The notes under the pieces were generated by a model. The model was not told where the DNA came from and ran no database searches. It saw nothing but the letters and a program-made list of their open reading frames with translations. Positions 56,850-64,000 of a DNA stretch of 64,000 nt are shown piece after piece. The position numbers were made by a program, and so were the translations under genes. Within the stretch, counting starts at the first letter, position 1. Every line of letters starts with the position of its first letter. The stretch comes from a virus (lineage: Duplodnaviria > Caudoviricetes): the IMG/VR virus record IMGVR_UViG_3300044996_000325, positions 1,085 through 65,084 of that record; one strand, 5' to 3'.

Positions 56850-57114
56850 TCTTCACCTTCTTCCTAAAGGCGGCGCCCTTTTTGGATTGCTCTTTGGCCT
56901 CAAAGTTCACGATCTCATTGCACTTCTTTGCCACCATGAAGCCATCCTCGGTTACGCTTGCGCCCGTCGGGTCTCCCTTCAGGATCCCCTTGACGCTCAG
57001 GTGCCTGAAGATGTGGTCCGGAACAGTGAATGTTGAGCGCTGCTTCAGGAGAGCTCCTTTGTACAGCGCCGCCAGCCACTTCTTTTCATCTCTGGAAAGT
57101 TTGACGCTACCCAT
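56842..57114 (-). CDS. basic hypothetical protein
   Basis: MGSVKLSRDE... Confidence 0.55.
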   Translation of the reverse strand: MGSVKLSRDEKKWLAALYKGALLKQRSTFTVPDHIFRHLSVKGILKGDPTGASVTEDGFMVAKKCNEIVNFEAKEQSKKGAAFRKKVKNG

Positions 57115-57364
57115 CTGGATCTTCGATCTCCCTTCTGAAGGCATGGATCGCGTACATATCGATCCACGACATTTCGCGGATCGGTGGGTAGGCGACGTAT
57201 CTTGGGCGCCGCCCCCACTTCTTCGTTCGAGCGATCTCTGCGATGTACCTTTTCATCTCTTCGATCTGGATGACCGGGTCGAGGCCTCTCTCCATCAGAA
57301 CCTGAGAGGCTTCCAGGTCCTTGCCCTGGTAGACCAGGTTCACAATGTCTCTGACTGCGTCCAT
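57107..57364 (-). CDS. hypothetical protein
   Basis: MDAVRDIVNL... Confidence 0.55.
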   Translation of the reverse strand: MDAVRDIVNLVYQGKDLEASQVLMERGLDPVIQIEEMKRYIAEIARTKKWGRRPRYVAYPPIREMSWIDMYAIHAFRREIEDPDG

Positions 57365-57633
57365 GCTGGTAGCTTCTCGTAGGTGACGATGAACTGGTCG
57401 TTTTCCCATTTCACGGTTGCGGCCATTCCATCGTCAGATATCTGGGCGTAGATCTCGGGGGATTTGATCCCGACGATCTGGCGTACCATCGCCTCGACCA
57501 TGTTCCCGAATGAAAAACCCGTCAGCGTAGGCTGGCCATCCTTCCCGGGAAGAGAAGCGGGCTGTGTCAGAAGATGCCAGGGATCAATGGTGACAACGAC
57601 CTTGCCGTTTTTGCGGGAGATCGAATTACCCAT
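57340..57633 (-). CDS. hypothetical protein
   Basis: MGNSISRKNG... Confidence 0.55.
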   Translation of the reverse strand: MGNSISRKNGKVVVTIDPWHLLTQPASLPGKDGQPTLTGFSFGNMVEAMVRQIVGIKSPEIYAQISDDGMAATVKWENDQFIVTYEKLPAWTQSETL

Positions 57634-58036
57634 AATCCACCCACGCGACATATCGCAGGTTCTTCTTGTGCTTCTTGGCAGCCGGCGTAAACTGCTCTAC
57701 GTTGTCGACGAGGAAGAAAGAGCTGTGCTCCTTCAGGACATCGTCGTCGTACCGGGATAGGCAATCATCGGATCGCCAGGTCGGCGCCAGCTTGAGGACA
57801 GACTTCCCGACCTTCGTTTCTTTCTGGAACTTCTCGTGGAAGATCCTCCAGGTTTCCGTGGCGGTCTCCGATTTCTCGAAGCTCTCGAAGTTGTCCATGT
57901 ACCACTCGTAGCAGAAAGTGTCGACCGTGATGCGGCCAAGCTCCTGCTCGAACCATGCGGCGGCCTTCGGGGCCGCCTTCTTGATGTCGTCCCAGGTCAT
58001 GATCCATGCTGAGACTGCATAATAATCACTGGACAT
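57626..58036 (-). CDS. hypothetical protein
   Basis: MSSDYYAVS..., AAGGAG RBS. Confidence 0.7.
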   Translation of the reverse strand: MSSDYYAVSAWIMTWDDIKKAAPKAAAWFEQELGRITVDTFCYEWYMDNFESFEKSETATETWRIFHEKFQKETKVGKSVLKLAPTWRSDDCLSRYDDDVLKEHSSFFLVDNVEQFTPAAKKHKKNLRYVAWVDYG

Positions 58037-58111
58037 TTTGTTCTCCTTTCTGTCACAGTAGTCCTCAATGTTGAGGTGAACTGTTACGCACATGCGTGCT
58101 ATGATTGGCGC

Positions 58112-59002
58112 ATGAAGATCGTCGGCGCTGTCGAAAGCTATCTTTCAGCCTGCCATGCGGAAAACCACAGTCCCAGGACCGAGCGGTCCTACAAGGATGT
58201 CCTGAACGACTTTGTTTCAGGCGTCGGAAACATCAACATCGAGGACCTGACGCCGGAGACGATCAACGCTTACATGGGTGGGCTCTCTGCTCGACCAGGA
58301 AAGCGTGGCCAGTTCTCCAGCCATTCAATGGCCAAGTACTACGCCGTCATCCGTTCCTTCGTGCGCTGGCTGTACGACCGGCGGTTCATCAGGGAGCGGA
58401 TCACGGACTTCACCAGTGCGCCGCGTGTCTCCGGAGATCTGCCAAAGGCGCTCACCGATGAAGAGGTGAAGAGATTGCTTGACCATGTATCGGGAGATTT
58501 CAGGGATCTCGTTATCATGGAGCTTTTCCTGGACACGGGCCTCCGGTTGAACGAGGTCTGTGCTCTCGATCTGAAGGATGTCCATGTTCAGGGAGCGTGG
58601 TGCCGCGTGTACGGGAAAGGCCGCAAGGAAGCGATCGTTCCTCTCGGCAGGAAGCTCTGCAGGGACTTGTCGATCTACATTCATGCACATCGCAAGCCCA
58701 CCTACCAGGATGAGCCGGCGCTCTTTATCAACCGGTTTGGTCACCGGCTAGAGAGAGAGGGCCTGGCCATCCTGGTCAGGCGAGCGCTTGCGAACATCGG
58801 GATCGAGGGAAAACACGGCGCCCATACGCTGCGCCACACCTTTGCGACAAATTTCCTTCGCAACGGCGGGTCACTTGAGGCGCTGCGCCGTATCCTGCGC
58901 CACAACGATATCAAGGTGACACAGAGATACATTCACCTGGTCATGGATGATGTTATTGGGCAGCATCACCAGGCGTCCCCGTTGGATCATATGAGAAAAT
59001 GA
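58112..59002 (+). CDS. int: tyrosine recombinase/integrase (XerC/D-like)
   Basis: DTGLRLNE (R), GKGRK (K), HTLRHTFAT (HxxR), LRH, TQRY (Y); probably leaderless after TGcTATGAT at 58097-58105. Confidence 0.92.
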   Translation: MKIVGAVESYLSACHAENHSPRTERSYKDVLNDFVSGVGNINIEDLTPETINAYMGGLSARPGKRGQFSSHSMAKYYAVIRSFVRWLYDRRFIRERITDFTSAPRVSGDLPKALTDEEVKRLLDHVSGDFRDLVIMELFLDTGLRLNEVCALDLKDVHVQGAWCRVYGKGRKEAIVPLGRKLCRDLSIYIHAHRKPTYQDEPALFINRFGHRLEREGLAILVRRALANIGIEGKHGAHTLRHTFATNFLRNGGSLEALRRILRHNDIKVTQRYIHLVMDDVIGQHHQASPLDHMRK

Positions 59003-59806
59003 TCAGTAGGGGATCCAGATGCCGGGCTCTTCAACGTTTTTCACGTCGTAGCCTGGCAGCGTGTCCAGATACTCCATAAAGTTGCTGAAGTCTTCAGGAT
59101 CGTCGTTCTCGTGGGCCTCGATATGCATATAGCGGGTGTACAGATGGTCGAGAACCTCGTTGGTAAGCATCTTGGGGTCCGGCGCTGTCACAACCCACGG
59201 GGCATACTCGCCGTCACGGTTGTCGAAGTGAGAACGGTGAACGTAGTCCGGAACCAGGACGCGGGCGTATTCGTTGGGAAGGCCTCCCTTGAAGCCCTTC
59301 TTTTTGAACTTTTCAAGCATCGCCCGAATGGGATCGACGCCGGCCCTCTCGGCGAACTTTGTGAGCATCATCAGCACGTCGCCGATCTCGCCGGCAACGT
59401 CGTCGCTCTTATTCTCCGGGTTGTTGCGAACCCACTTGGACTGTGTATGAACGAACCTGTCAGCAAGCTCCCCAATTTCAGACGTCAGAAACAGCAGTGC
59501 CTGCGTGGCATCTGGGTCAGCATACCCCCGGAACTGAAAGTATTCATTCACTACCACTCGGAGGTCGAGGCTGGCGACTTCGCCACGGCCTGCGGGCTGT
59601 GCCATGTCCTCACGGACGGGGACCATGAAGCTCCCTGTACTTTTGATGTGGGCTTGTAGAGCGCTCAGGATACCGCCGATGATGCGATAAGCGGCGCGAT
59701 CGCCGTCGTTTTCGTTGTCGACGGTATCGTCGAGCCAGTTGAATACCTCTTCAAGATCCTTGTACGTCAGCCGCTCCGGGGGAAAGAAGGTGTTTGCGTT
59801 GCTCAT
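59003..59806 (-). CDS. MazG-like NTP pyrophosphohydrolase domain protein
   Basis: LTSEIGELAD...VAGEIGDVL (ExxE...ExxD). Confidence 0.75.
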   Translation of the reverse strand: MSNANTFFPPERLTYKDLEEVFNWLDDTVDNENDGDRAAYRIIGGILSALQAHIKSTGSFMVPVREDMAQPAGRGEVASLDLRVVVNEYFQFRGYADPDATQALLFLTSEIGELADRFVHTQSKWVRNNPENKSDDVAGEIGDVLMMLTKFAERAGVDPIRAMLEKFKKKGFKGGLPNEYARVLVPDYVHRSHFDNRDGEYAPWVVTAPDPKMLTNEVLDHLYTRYMHIEAHENDDPEDFSNFMEYLDTLPGYDVKNVEEPGIWIPY

Positions 59807-60069
59807 TTTGCCTCTGTGTTATCCATGTATGTACGCCAGGCAGCGTAGATCTTCTGATAGTTTTTGTACGTGTCCTCAAACAAGAGAAGGTCGACGCCGC
59901 AATTTGGGCAGATATCACCTTCGCCGGTATCGCAAAGACATATAGGGCACTCGCCAGACCTGACGCTGTTTGCATAGATCTTGACCAGGTCTTCATCTTC
60001 GACCCGTTTGCCGTTCACATTGACGGCTTCTGGAAAGTCTCCGGTGTTCACGATTACGACAGTTGTCAT
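59803..60069 (-). CDS. Zn-ribbon hypothetical protein
   Basis: CPIC...CPNC. Confidence 0.6.
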   Translation of the reverse strand: MTTVVIVNTGDFPEAVNVNGKRVEDEDLVKIYANSVRSGECPICLCDTGEGDICPNCGVDLLLFEDTYKNYQKIYAAWRTYMDNTEAK

Positions 60070-60524
60070 TTTATCTGCTCCGCTTCTCCGTGATTGGCCC
60101 ATCCATCGACGATATAGATGAATTCTGTCAGCGAGGTCGATACCAGCTCGTAGACCTCGTTCTCGAGATCGACGATCTCTTCCGCGGTGCAGCTCTTGAG
60201 CCTCTTCGCTCCGTACCACGGAGACCACTCAATGTCCATTTCTTCACGGGTGTATTGGCCACGGGGAGCGCCGGGCTCGTGCGTTCCAGGGAGTTCCTGG
60301 CCATGATAGAAGACGACGTGCCATGGAGGTCGGCAAATTGGGCAGCATCCTTCGTGGCACTCGTTCTCACAATCACATTCGACCTGGTAGTCCTCTCCGT
60401 GTACGTCGCTCTTGTAATTTGGGCAGCTTTTGTCGTGCAGGCTGTGCCGCCGCTCCCACTCCTCGTCTGAATATGGTCCATTGCACACAAAGCAAAGCGC
60501 CCCCTGCGAGAGGTTTCCTGTCAT
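60066..60524 (-). CDS. Cys/His-rich hypothetical protein
   Basis: CFVC...HEGCCPIC. Confidence 0.6.
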   Translation of the reverse strand: MTGNLSQGALCFVCNGPYSDEEWERRHSLHDKSCPNYKSDVHGEDYQVECDCENECHEGCCPICRPPWHVVFYHGQELPGTHEPGAPRGQYTREEMDIEWSPWYGAKRLKSCTAEEIVDLENEVYELVSTSLTEFIYIVDGWANHGEAEQIK

Positions 60525-60775
60525 GGAAGCTCCTTTCTCGTCAACGCTATGGAGTTGATGGCGATATTCAGCGTAAGCCACGAGACACCAATCTCGGCAT
60601 CGTGATTGTGCTGAATGTCCTCGAGGATCTGGATCGCTTCCTCGTCGGTGATCTCCACGCCCGATCTTTCAGCCTCTAACTTGACATCTTCCGGAAGCCA
60701 TACGATCACACAGGCATGCGTGTCCTTCCCGTGATAGTTGAAAAGCCTCTTGGCATGTTCTTCTAGTGTTGTCAT
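60521..60775 (-). CDS. hypothetical phage protein
   Basis: WLPEDV...ITDEEAIQIL...HDAEIGVSW pattern common in phage early genes. Confidence 0.65.
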   Translation of the reverse strand: MTTLEEHAKRLFNYHGKDTHACVIVWLPEDVKLEAERSGVEITDEEAIQILEDIQHNHDAEIGVSWLTLNIAINSIALTRKELP

Positions 60776-61755
60776 TTCATCCACTCCTTGATTGTGGGTA
60801 TGGCTGTATCGGGCTCTGCCCGCACCCAGTCATCGATGTCTTTGAACTGCTCCGGTGGAGTTCTCAGCTCAGCATGAAGCAGGTCGGCGCGGAGCTTGGC
60901 GTACTTCATGATCTTGGCACGGACATCCTCAGATGGATCGTTGTCTGCGACCAGGATGCGCTTTGGAGAAAGCGAGAGCTGCACATACCAGGTGCCGGCA
61001 TCGGCCCAGATATTCTCCGAGACTGTCGGTGCGCACACCTTGATACCGTACTGATGCAGGAGCATGCAGGGGATCTCGCTCTTTACAACCAGGACCGGTT
61101 CGGTAATGTCGCGGATCGAGTTGAGATTGAACAGCGACCCAACGGAGCCTTTCTCGTTGATAAAGCGGTGGCGGTGCGCGGCGCCGGGATCCATGTTGCG
61201 CATCTTGATCCCCATCAGCCTCTCCCGGTCAAAGGATGGCATCGTCATCCACCGGGAGTGCTCGGTCTGCTTCTCGCCGAGGCGGAAGAAGTCGACTGTC
61301 TCGCGCAACAAGCCCCTGGTGGCTGCGTATTGGTAGACGGTTTCAGACGTCTGATACTGTTTCCAGAGGTCGTTCGGGAGACCGAATGGATTGGGCTTCT
61401 CGATCTGGATGGGCGAGATCTTGTATCCGCCATTCAGGATCGACAGTGCACGTCGAATGTGGTCCGGGTCCTTGTCGTTGTATCCTGGGATCTTCATGTA
61501 CCCAACCAGGTCGATGACATCTCCCTGCTTTCCACATGCGCCGTGGCATTTCCACTCCTGCCCATCCCTTCCCTGAAAAATGGAAAAGGACGGAGTTTGG
61601 TGCTGGTGCGGGTGGAAAGGGAGGGGGCAGACGATCACCTTCTTGTTGCTTGACACCTGCAGGACGTCGCGGACATCGTAGAGCCTACGAGCATCCCTGA
61701 TCGAGCCACCTGCGGTATTTTTCGGCCATCGTCTTGATGTCGTCGTCCTCGTCAT
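60772..61755 (-). CDS. DNA primase (CHC2 Zn finger plus Toprim-like)
   Basis: CPLPFH...TPSF...CHGAC...GDVIDLV, ATRGL, ADND, FKDIDDW; GAGGAG RBS before ATG 61755. Confidence 0.85.
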   Translation of the reverse strand: MTRTTTSRRWPKNTAGGSIRDARRLYDVRDVLQVSSNKKVIVCPLPFHPHQHQTPSFSIFQGRDGQEWKCHGACGKQGDVIDLVGYMKIPGYNDKDPDHIRRALSILNGGYKISPIQIEKPNPFGLPNDLWKQYQTSETVYQYAATRGLLRETVDFFRLGEKQTEHSRWMTMPSFDRERLMGIKMRNMDPGAAHRHRFINEKGSVGSLFNLNSIRDITEPVLVVKSEIPCMLLHQYGIKVCAPTVSENIWADAGTWYVQLSLSPKRILVADNDPSEDVRAKIMKYAKLRADLLHAELRTPPEQFKDIDDWVRAEPDTAIPTIKEWMK

Positions 61756-61933
61756 AGTCGCACTCCTCGCAGCTTCTTGAGCGAATTGAATGGGATGAGT
61801 TGCATACCGGGCACTCTTCAGGCCAGTTGTCCATGTCAAAAACCTTGTGGTCCAGGACGATTTCGTCAGACATGTCGGCGGCGACCAGGCCTCCGTGGAC
61901 GAGGGCGTAGGTCATGACTTTATGCTTTGCCAT
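61685..61933 (-). CDS. Zn-ribbon hypothetical protein
   Basis: CPVC...CEEC, GGAGG RBS. Confidence 0.6.
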   Translation of the reverse strand: MAKHKVMTYALVHGGLVAADMSDEIVLDHKVFDMDNWPEECPVCNSSHSIRSRSCEECDYDEDDDIKTMAEKYRRWLDQGCS

Positions 61934-61941
61934 CTTGCCTC

Positions 61942-62169
61942 CTAAAACATTTGAGCTTGCTTATTGAACTGGTTCAAGGCACGCTTGATGTACGGAACAT
62001 CCAGCTCATGGGCACGCACGACCATCGTGTGATTGAAGGCGGCGTAGTATTTTCGGTGCTTGCTCGGAACATCGTTGCGGAAGCGTTCCCAGTCTGCCTT
62101 CTGCTCTGCATGGCTCCCGCTGATGATCACCTTGACTTTGTGCGGTGATACAGCAATTGCGTCGATCAT
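61942..62169 (-). CDS. hypothetical protein (HARP-like pattern)
   Basis: FRNDVPSKHRKYYAAFNHTMVV; coupled to ThiF stop. Confidence 0.55.
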   Translation of the reverse strand: MIDAIAVSPHKVKVIISGSHAEQKADWERFRNDVPSKHRKYYAAFNHTMVVRAHELDVPYIKRALNQFNKQAQMF

Positions 62170-62828
62170 AGGTTGTAGACCTCCAGGCGGTCCATCTTGA
62201 TGTTGTGGTACACAAACTTGGAGTGCTGCTCGCCGCGCAGGATATCGCGTACTGCCTTGCCGATGTGGCCGGCAGCGATGCAGGCGGTGTAGATGGTTGC
62301 CTTCTCGGTGCAGACGACGTCGGGAACATTTTTCTCGTCTTCCTCGGAGATCATGCGGTCGTAGCCATGAAAGCCGGTATCTTCCAGGTCCATGTTCACG
62401 ATGTAGAGGTGGAAGATCTCGGCGGACATGCGGGCATCCAGGTACCAGCCGCGGCATGTCTTCTTCACAGCTTCCCAGATCTGTTTGCGCGCCGTGATAC
62501 TGTCCACTGCAGAGATGACAATGTCATCATCGAGCAGCGTATTCTCGTCGACGCGCTCCTGAACGATCTGCGGCAGCGCTTCGTCAGAAAAGAGCATCGT
62601 CTGTCCGGCAAGCGCTTCCGCCTTGTTGGTGTGCACACTGCCGACCGTATGGAACTGGGTTGGGAGGTTGACGTTGTCGACCCTGTCATCATCGAAAATC
62701 GTCAGGAAACGAACACCCATCTTTGCCAGGGTGATCCCGGTGATGGCGCCGATCCCACCAGCCCCAATCAACCCGATCCGCATGGTCGGTGGTACGGTAA
62801 AGATCCCCATATGTCGAGTGTGGTCCAT
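62166..62828 (-). CDS. ThiF/E1-like adenylyltransferase
   Basis: IGAGGIG, DDDRVDNVNLPTQ, SAVDSITAR, DARM, candidate catalytic Cys in VCTEKATIY. Confidence 0.88.
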   Translation of the reverse strand: MDHTRHMGIFTVPPTMRIGLIGAGGIGAITGITLAKMGVRFLTIFDDDRVDNVNLPTQFHTVGSVHTNKAEALAGQTMLFSDEALPQIVQERVDENTLLDDDIVISAVDSITARKQIWEAVKKTCRGWYLDARMSAEIFHLYIVNMDLEDTGFHGYDRMISEEDEKNVPDVVCTEKATIYTACIAAGHIGKAVRDILRGEQHSKFVYHNIKMDRLEVYNL

Positions 62829-63307
62829 TATTCCTCCTGTCCTTGTCTTGTCTGGATCGCCCGTTGAAGAACTTCGGCAAGCGAGTGATGGTTTATTTGT
62901 TCGAGATCCTCGAATACGTCATCGATATCCTCTGCAGTTGCGTGGCGTCCGTTCATCTTGTGCCAGGAATGGCTGAACCGAAGCATTTCGGGAGGATCGT
63001 CTGGATACGCTTGCTGCATGAGCTCCATGTAATCCAAGTCGTAGATCATGCAGAGATCGTGAACGTGAGCAAGGATGCCATTTTCGCTTGTCTCATACTT
63101 TGGGGTCCATGTCTCTCGCTCATTCTCTTCGATGCTGAAAACCAACACGAAGTCAGACCGAACGGGGTGAAGACCGCTACCTGGCATATGAATGTGTGCG
63201 CGCCTCTTGATCCTTTTGGCCTCGCGCCTCCATGCCCTCATTGCGTACTCGTCTAGATGTCTATTAGTCTTGACGTACTTCCCATCAATGAGCTCGACGA
63301 TTTTCAT
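62828..63307 (-). CDS. hypothetical protein
   Basis: 159 aa between JAB and ThiF genes; LEQINHHS motif. Confidence 0.65.
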   Translation of the reverse strand: MKIVELIDGKYVKTNRHLDEYAMRAWRREAKRIKRRAHIHMPGSGLHPVRSDFVLVFSIEENERETWTPKYETSENGILAHVHDLCMIYDLDYMELMQQAYPDDPPEMLRFSHSWHKMNGRHATAEDIDDVFEDLEQINHHSLAEVLQRAIQTRQGQEE

Positions 63308-63309
63308 AG

Positions 63310-63972
63310 CTACTCCCTGGAGAGTTCCATCTGCCGGGAGGAAGGTAGATCGTATTCGGGATCATCCCAGCCATCGAGTTCTTCCTCATCTTCATCGAAA
63401 TACGAGGCCATCTCCCTGTGGCGCTGCTCGTACATGCGCTTCTCGAAGTCGGCGTACATGATCCTGGTCAGGCTGTCGAGATTGTTTTCCTTCTTGTACA
63501 CGCGCGCCAGCTTGACGATCTCATTGGATGGAGTGCGGTGCTCCACGGGTACATCGAACTGCACCAACTTCGGGACAAAGAACGACAACTTTCCGATCCA
63601 TCCCATCGGCGTATGAACGATCGCGAGTGCCCACTGCATGATCTCTGGAATTCCGCCACACGGAGTATGGGTCATGGTGAACATATCGGTTCCAGACCAT
63701 CCGGTGATCGGATGCTTGTGGAACCAGCAGCGCCGGCTTCCAGTTTCAGACGCCGGAAGCTGAATGATCTTGTCTGGATCGAATTCCGTGTATCCAACGC
63801 TTCCGACATCCATAACGTGAGGAGCGGATACCAGGAAGTTGCCGTTGCTTCGGACGACGTCGGCCAGTCCAGAGAATTCATGAGAGAAATCCCTGGTCCT
63901 TGTTGCCATGACCCATGCGGTCAGAATGACTTCTGTCTGGGGTTCAAAGATGATCTTCATTTTTTCTCCCAT
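63310..63972 (-). CDS. JAB/MPN metalloprotease-like protein
   Basis: HEFSGL (E)...WFHKHP (HxH)...WSGTD (SxxD). Confidence 0.75.
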   Translation of the reverse strand: MGEKMKIIFEPQTEVILTAWVMATRTRDFSHEFSGLADVVRSNGNFLVSAPHVMDVGSVGYTEFDPDKIIQLPASETGSRRCWFHKHPITGWSGTDMFTMTHTPCGGIPEIMQWALAIVHTPMGWIGKLSFFVPKLVQFDVPVEHRTPSNEIVKLARVYKKENNLDSLTRIMYADFEKRMYEQRHREMASYFDEDEEELDGWDDPEYDLPSSRQMELSRE

Positions 63973-64000
63973 GGAAAGTCGAGAAGTCCCATTGTGATAG

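Overview
The whole window reads as one contiguous temperate tailed (siphovirus-like) phage genome, cut at both window edges. The host is probably a Chloroflexota/Anaerolineae-like bacterium, inferred from the look of the SSB, RadC, GH25-SH3b endolysin and tRNA-Gly fragment (not from a database search). Layout: 1-17.8 kb is a leftward accessory region (RtcB, three tRNAs, a candidate large structured RNA, RadC, SSB, NADAR, RNase H-like, nucleotide-metabolism genes, bacterioferritin). 17.9-47.0 kb is a rightward late operon (LL-H holin, HNH, TerL, portal, phosphoesterase, scaffold, N4-gp56-type capsid, tail with a -1 frameshifted chaperone, tape measure, receptor-binding proteins, endolysin). 47.0-53.0 kb is leftward replication/recombination (AAA_24/Sak4-like, Cas4-like, DnaB, resolvase-like). 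An XRE repressor and a 5'-half tRNA-Gly (putative attP) lie at 53.2-53.8 kb, followed by leftward early genes, a tyrosine integrase, MazG-like, primase and a ThiF(E1)+JAB pair. The main signal not explained by the genes is a 16-bp palindrome TTTCnGRCGYCnGAAA found 26 times genome-wide, in gene junctions and inside CDSs but not in the promoters I identified. Other highlights: a ~470-nt tetraloop-rich RNA upstream of the tRNAs, tRNAs with altered anticodon arms next to RtcB, a second promoter-linked motif TGTCACAGAT, and a GGG-UGA +1 frameshift candidate. All product calls come from motif recognition by eye.
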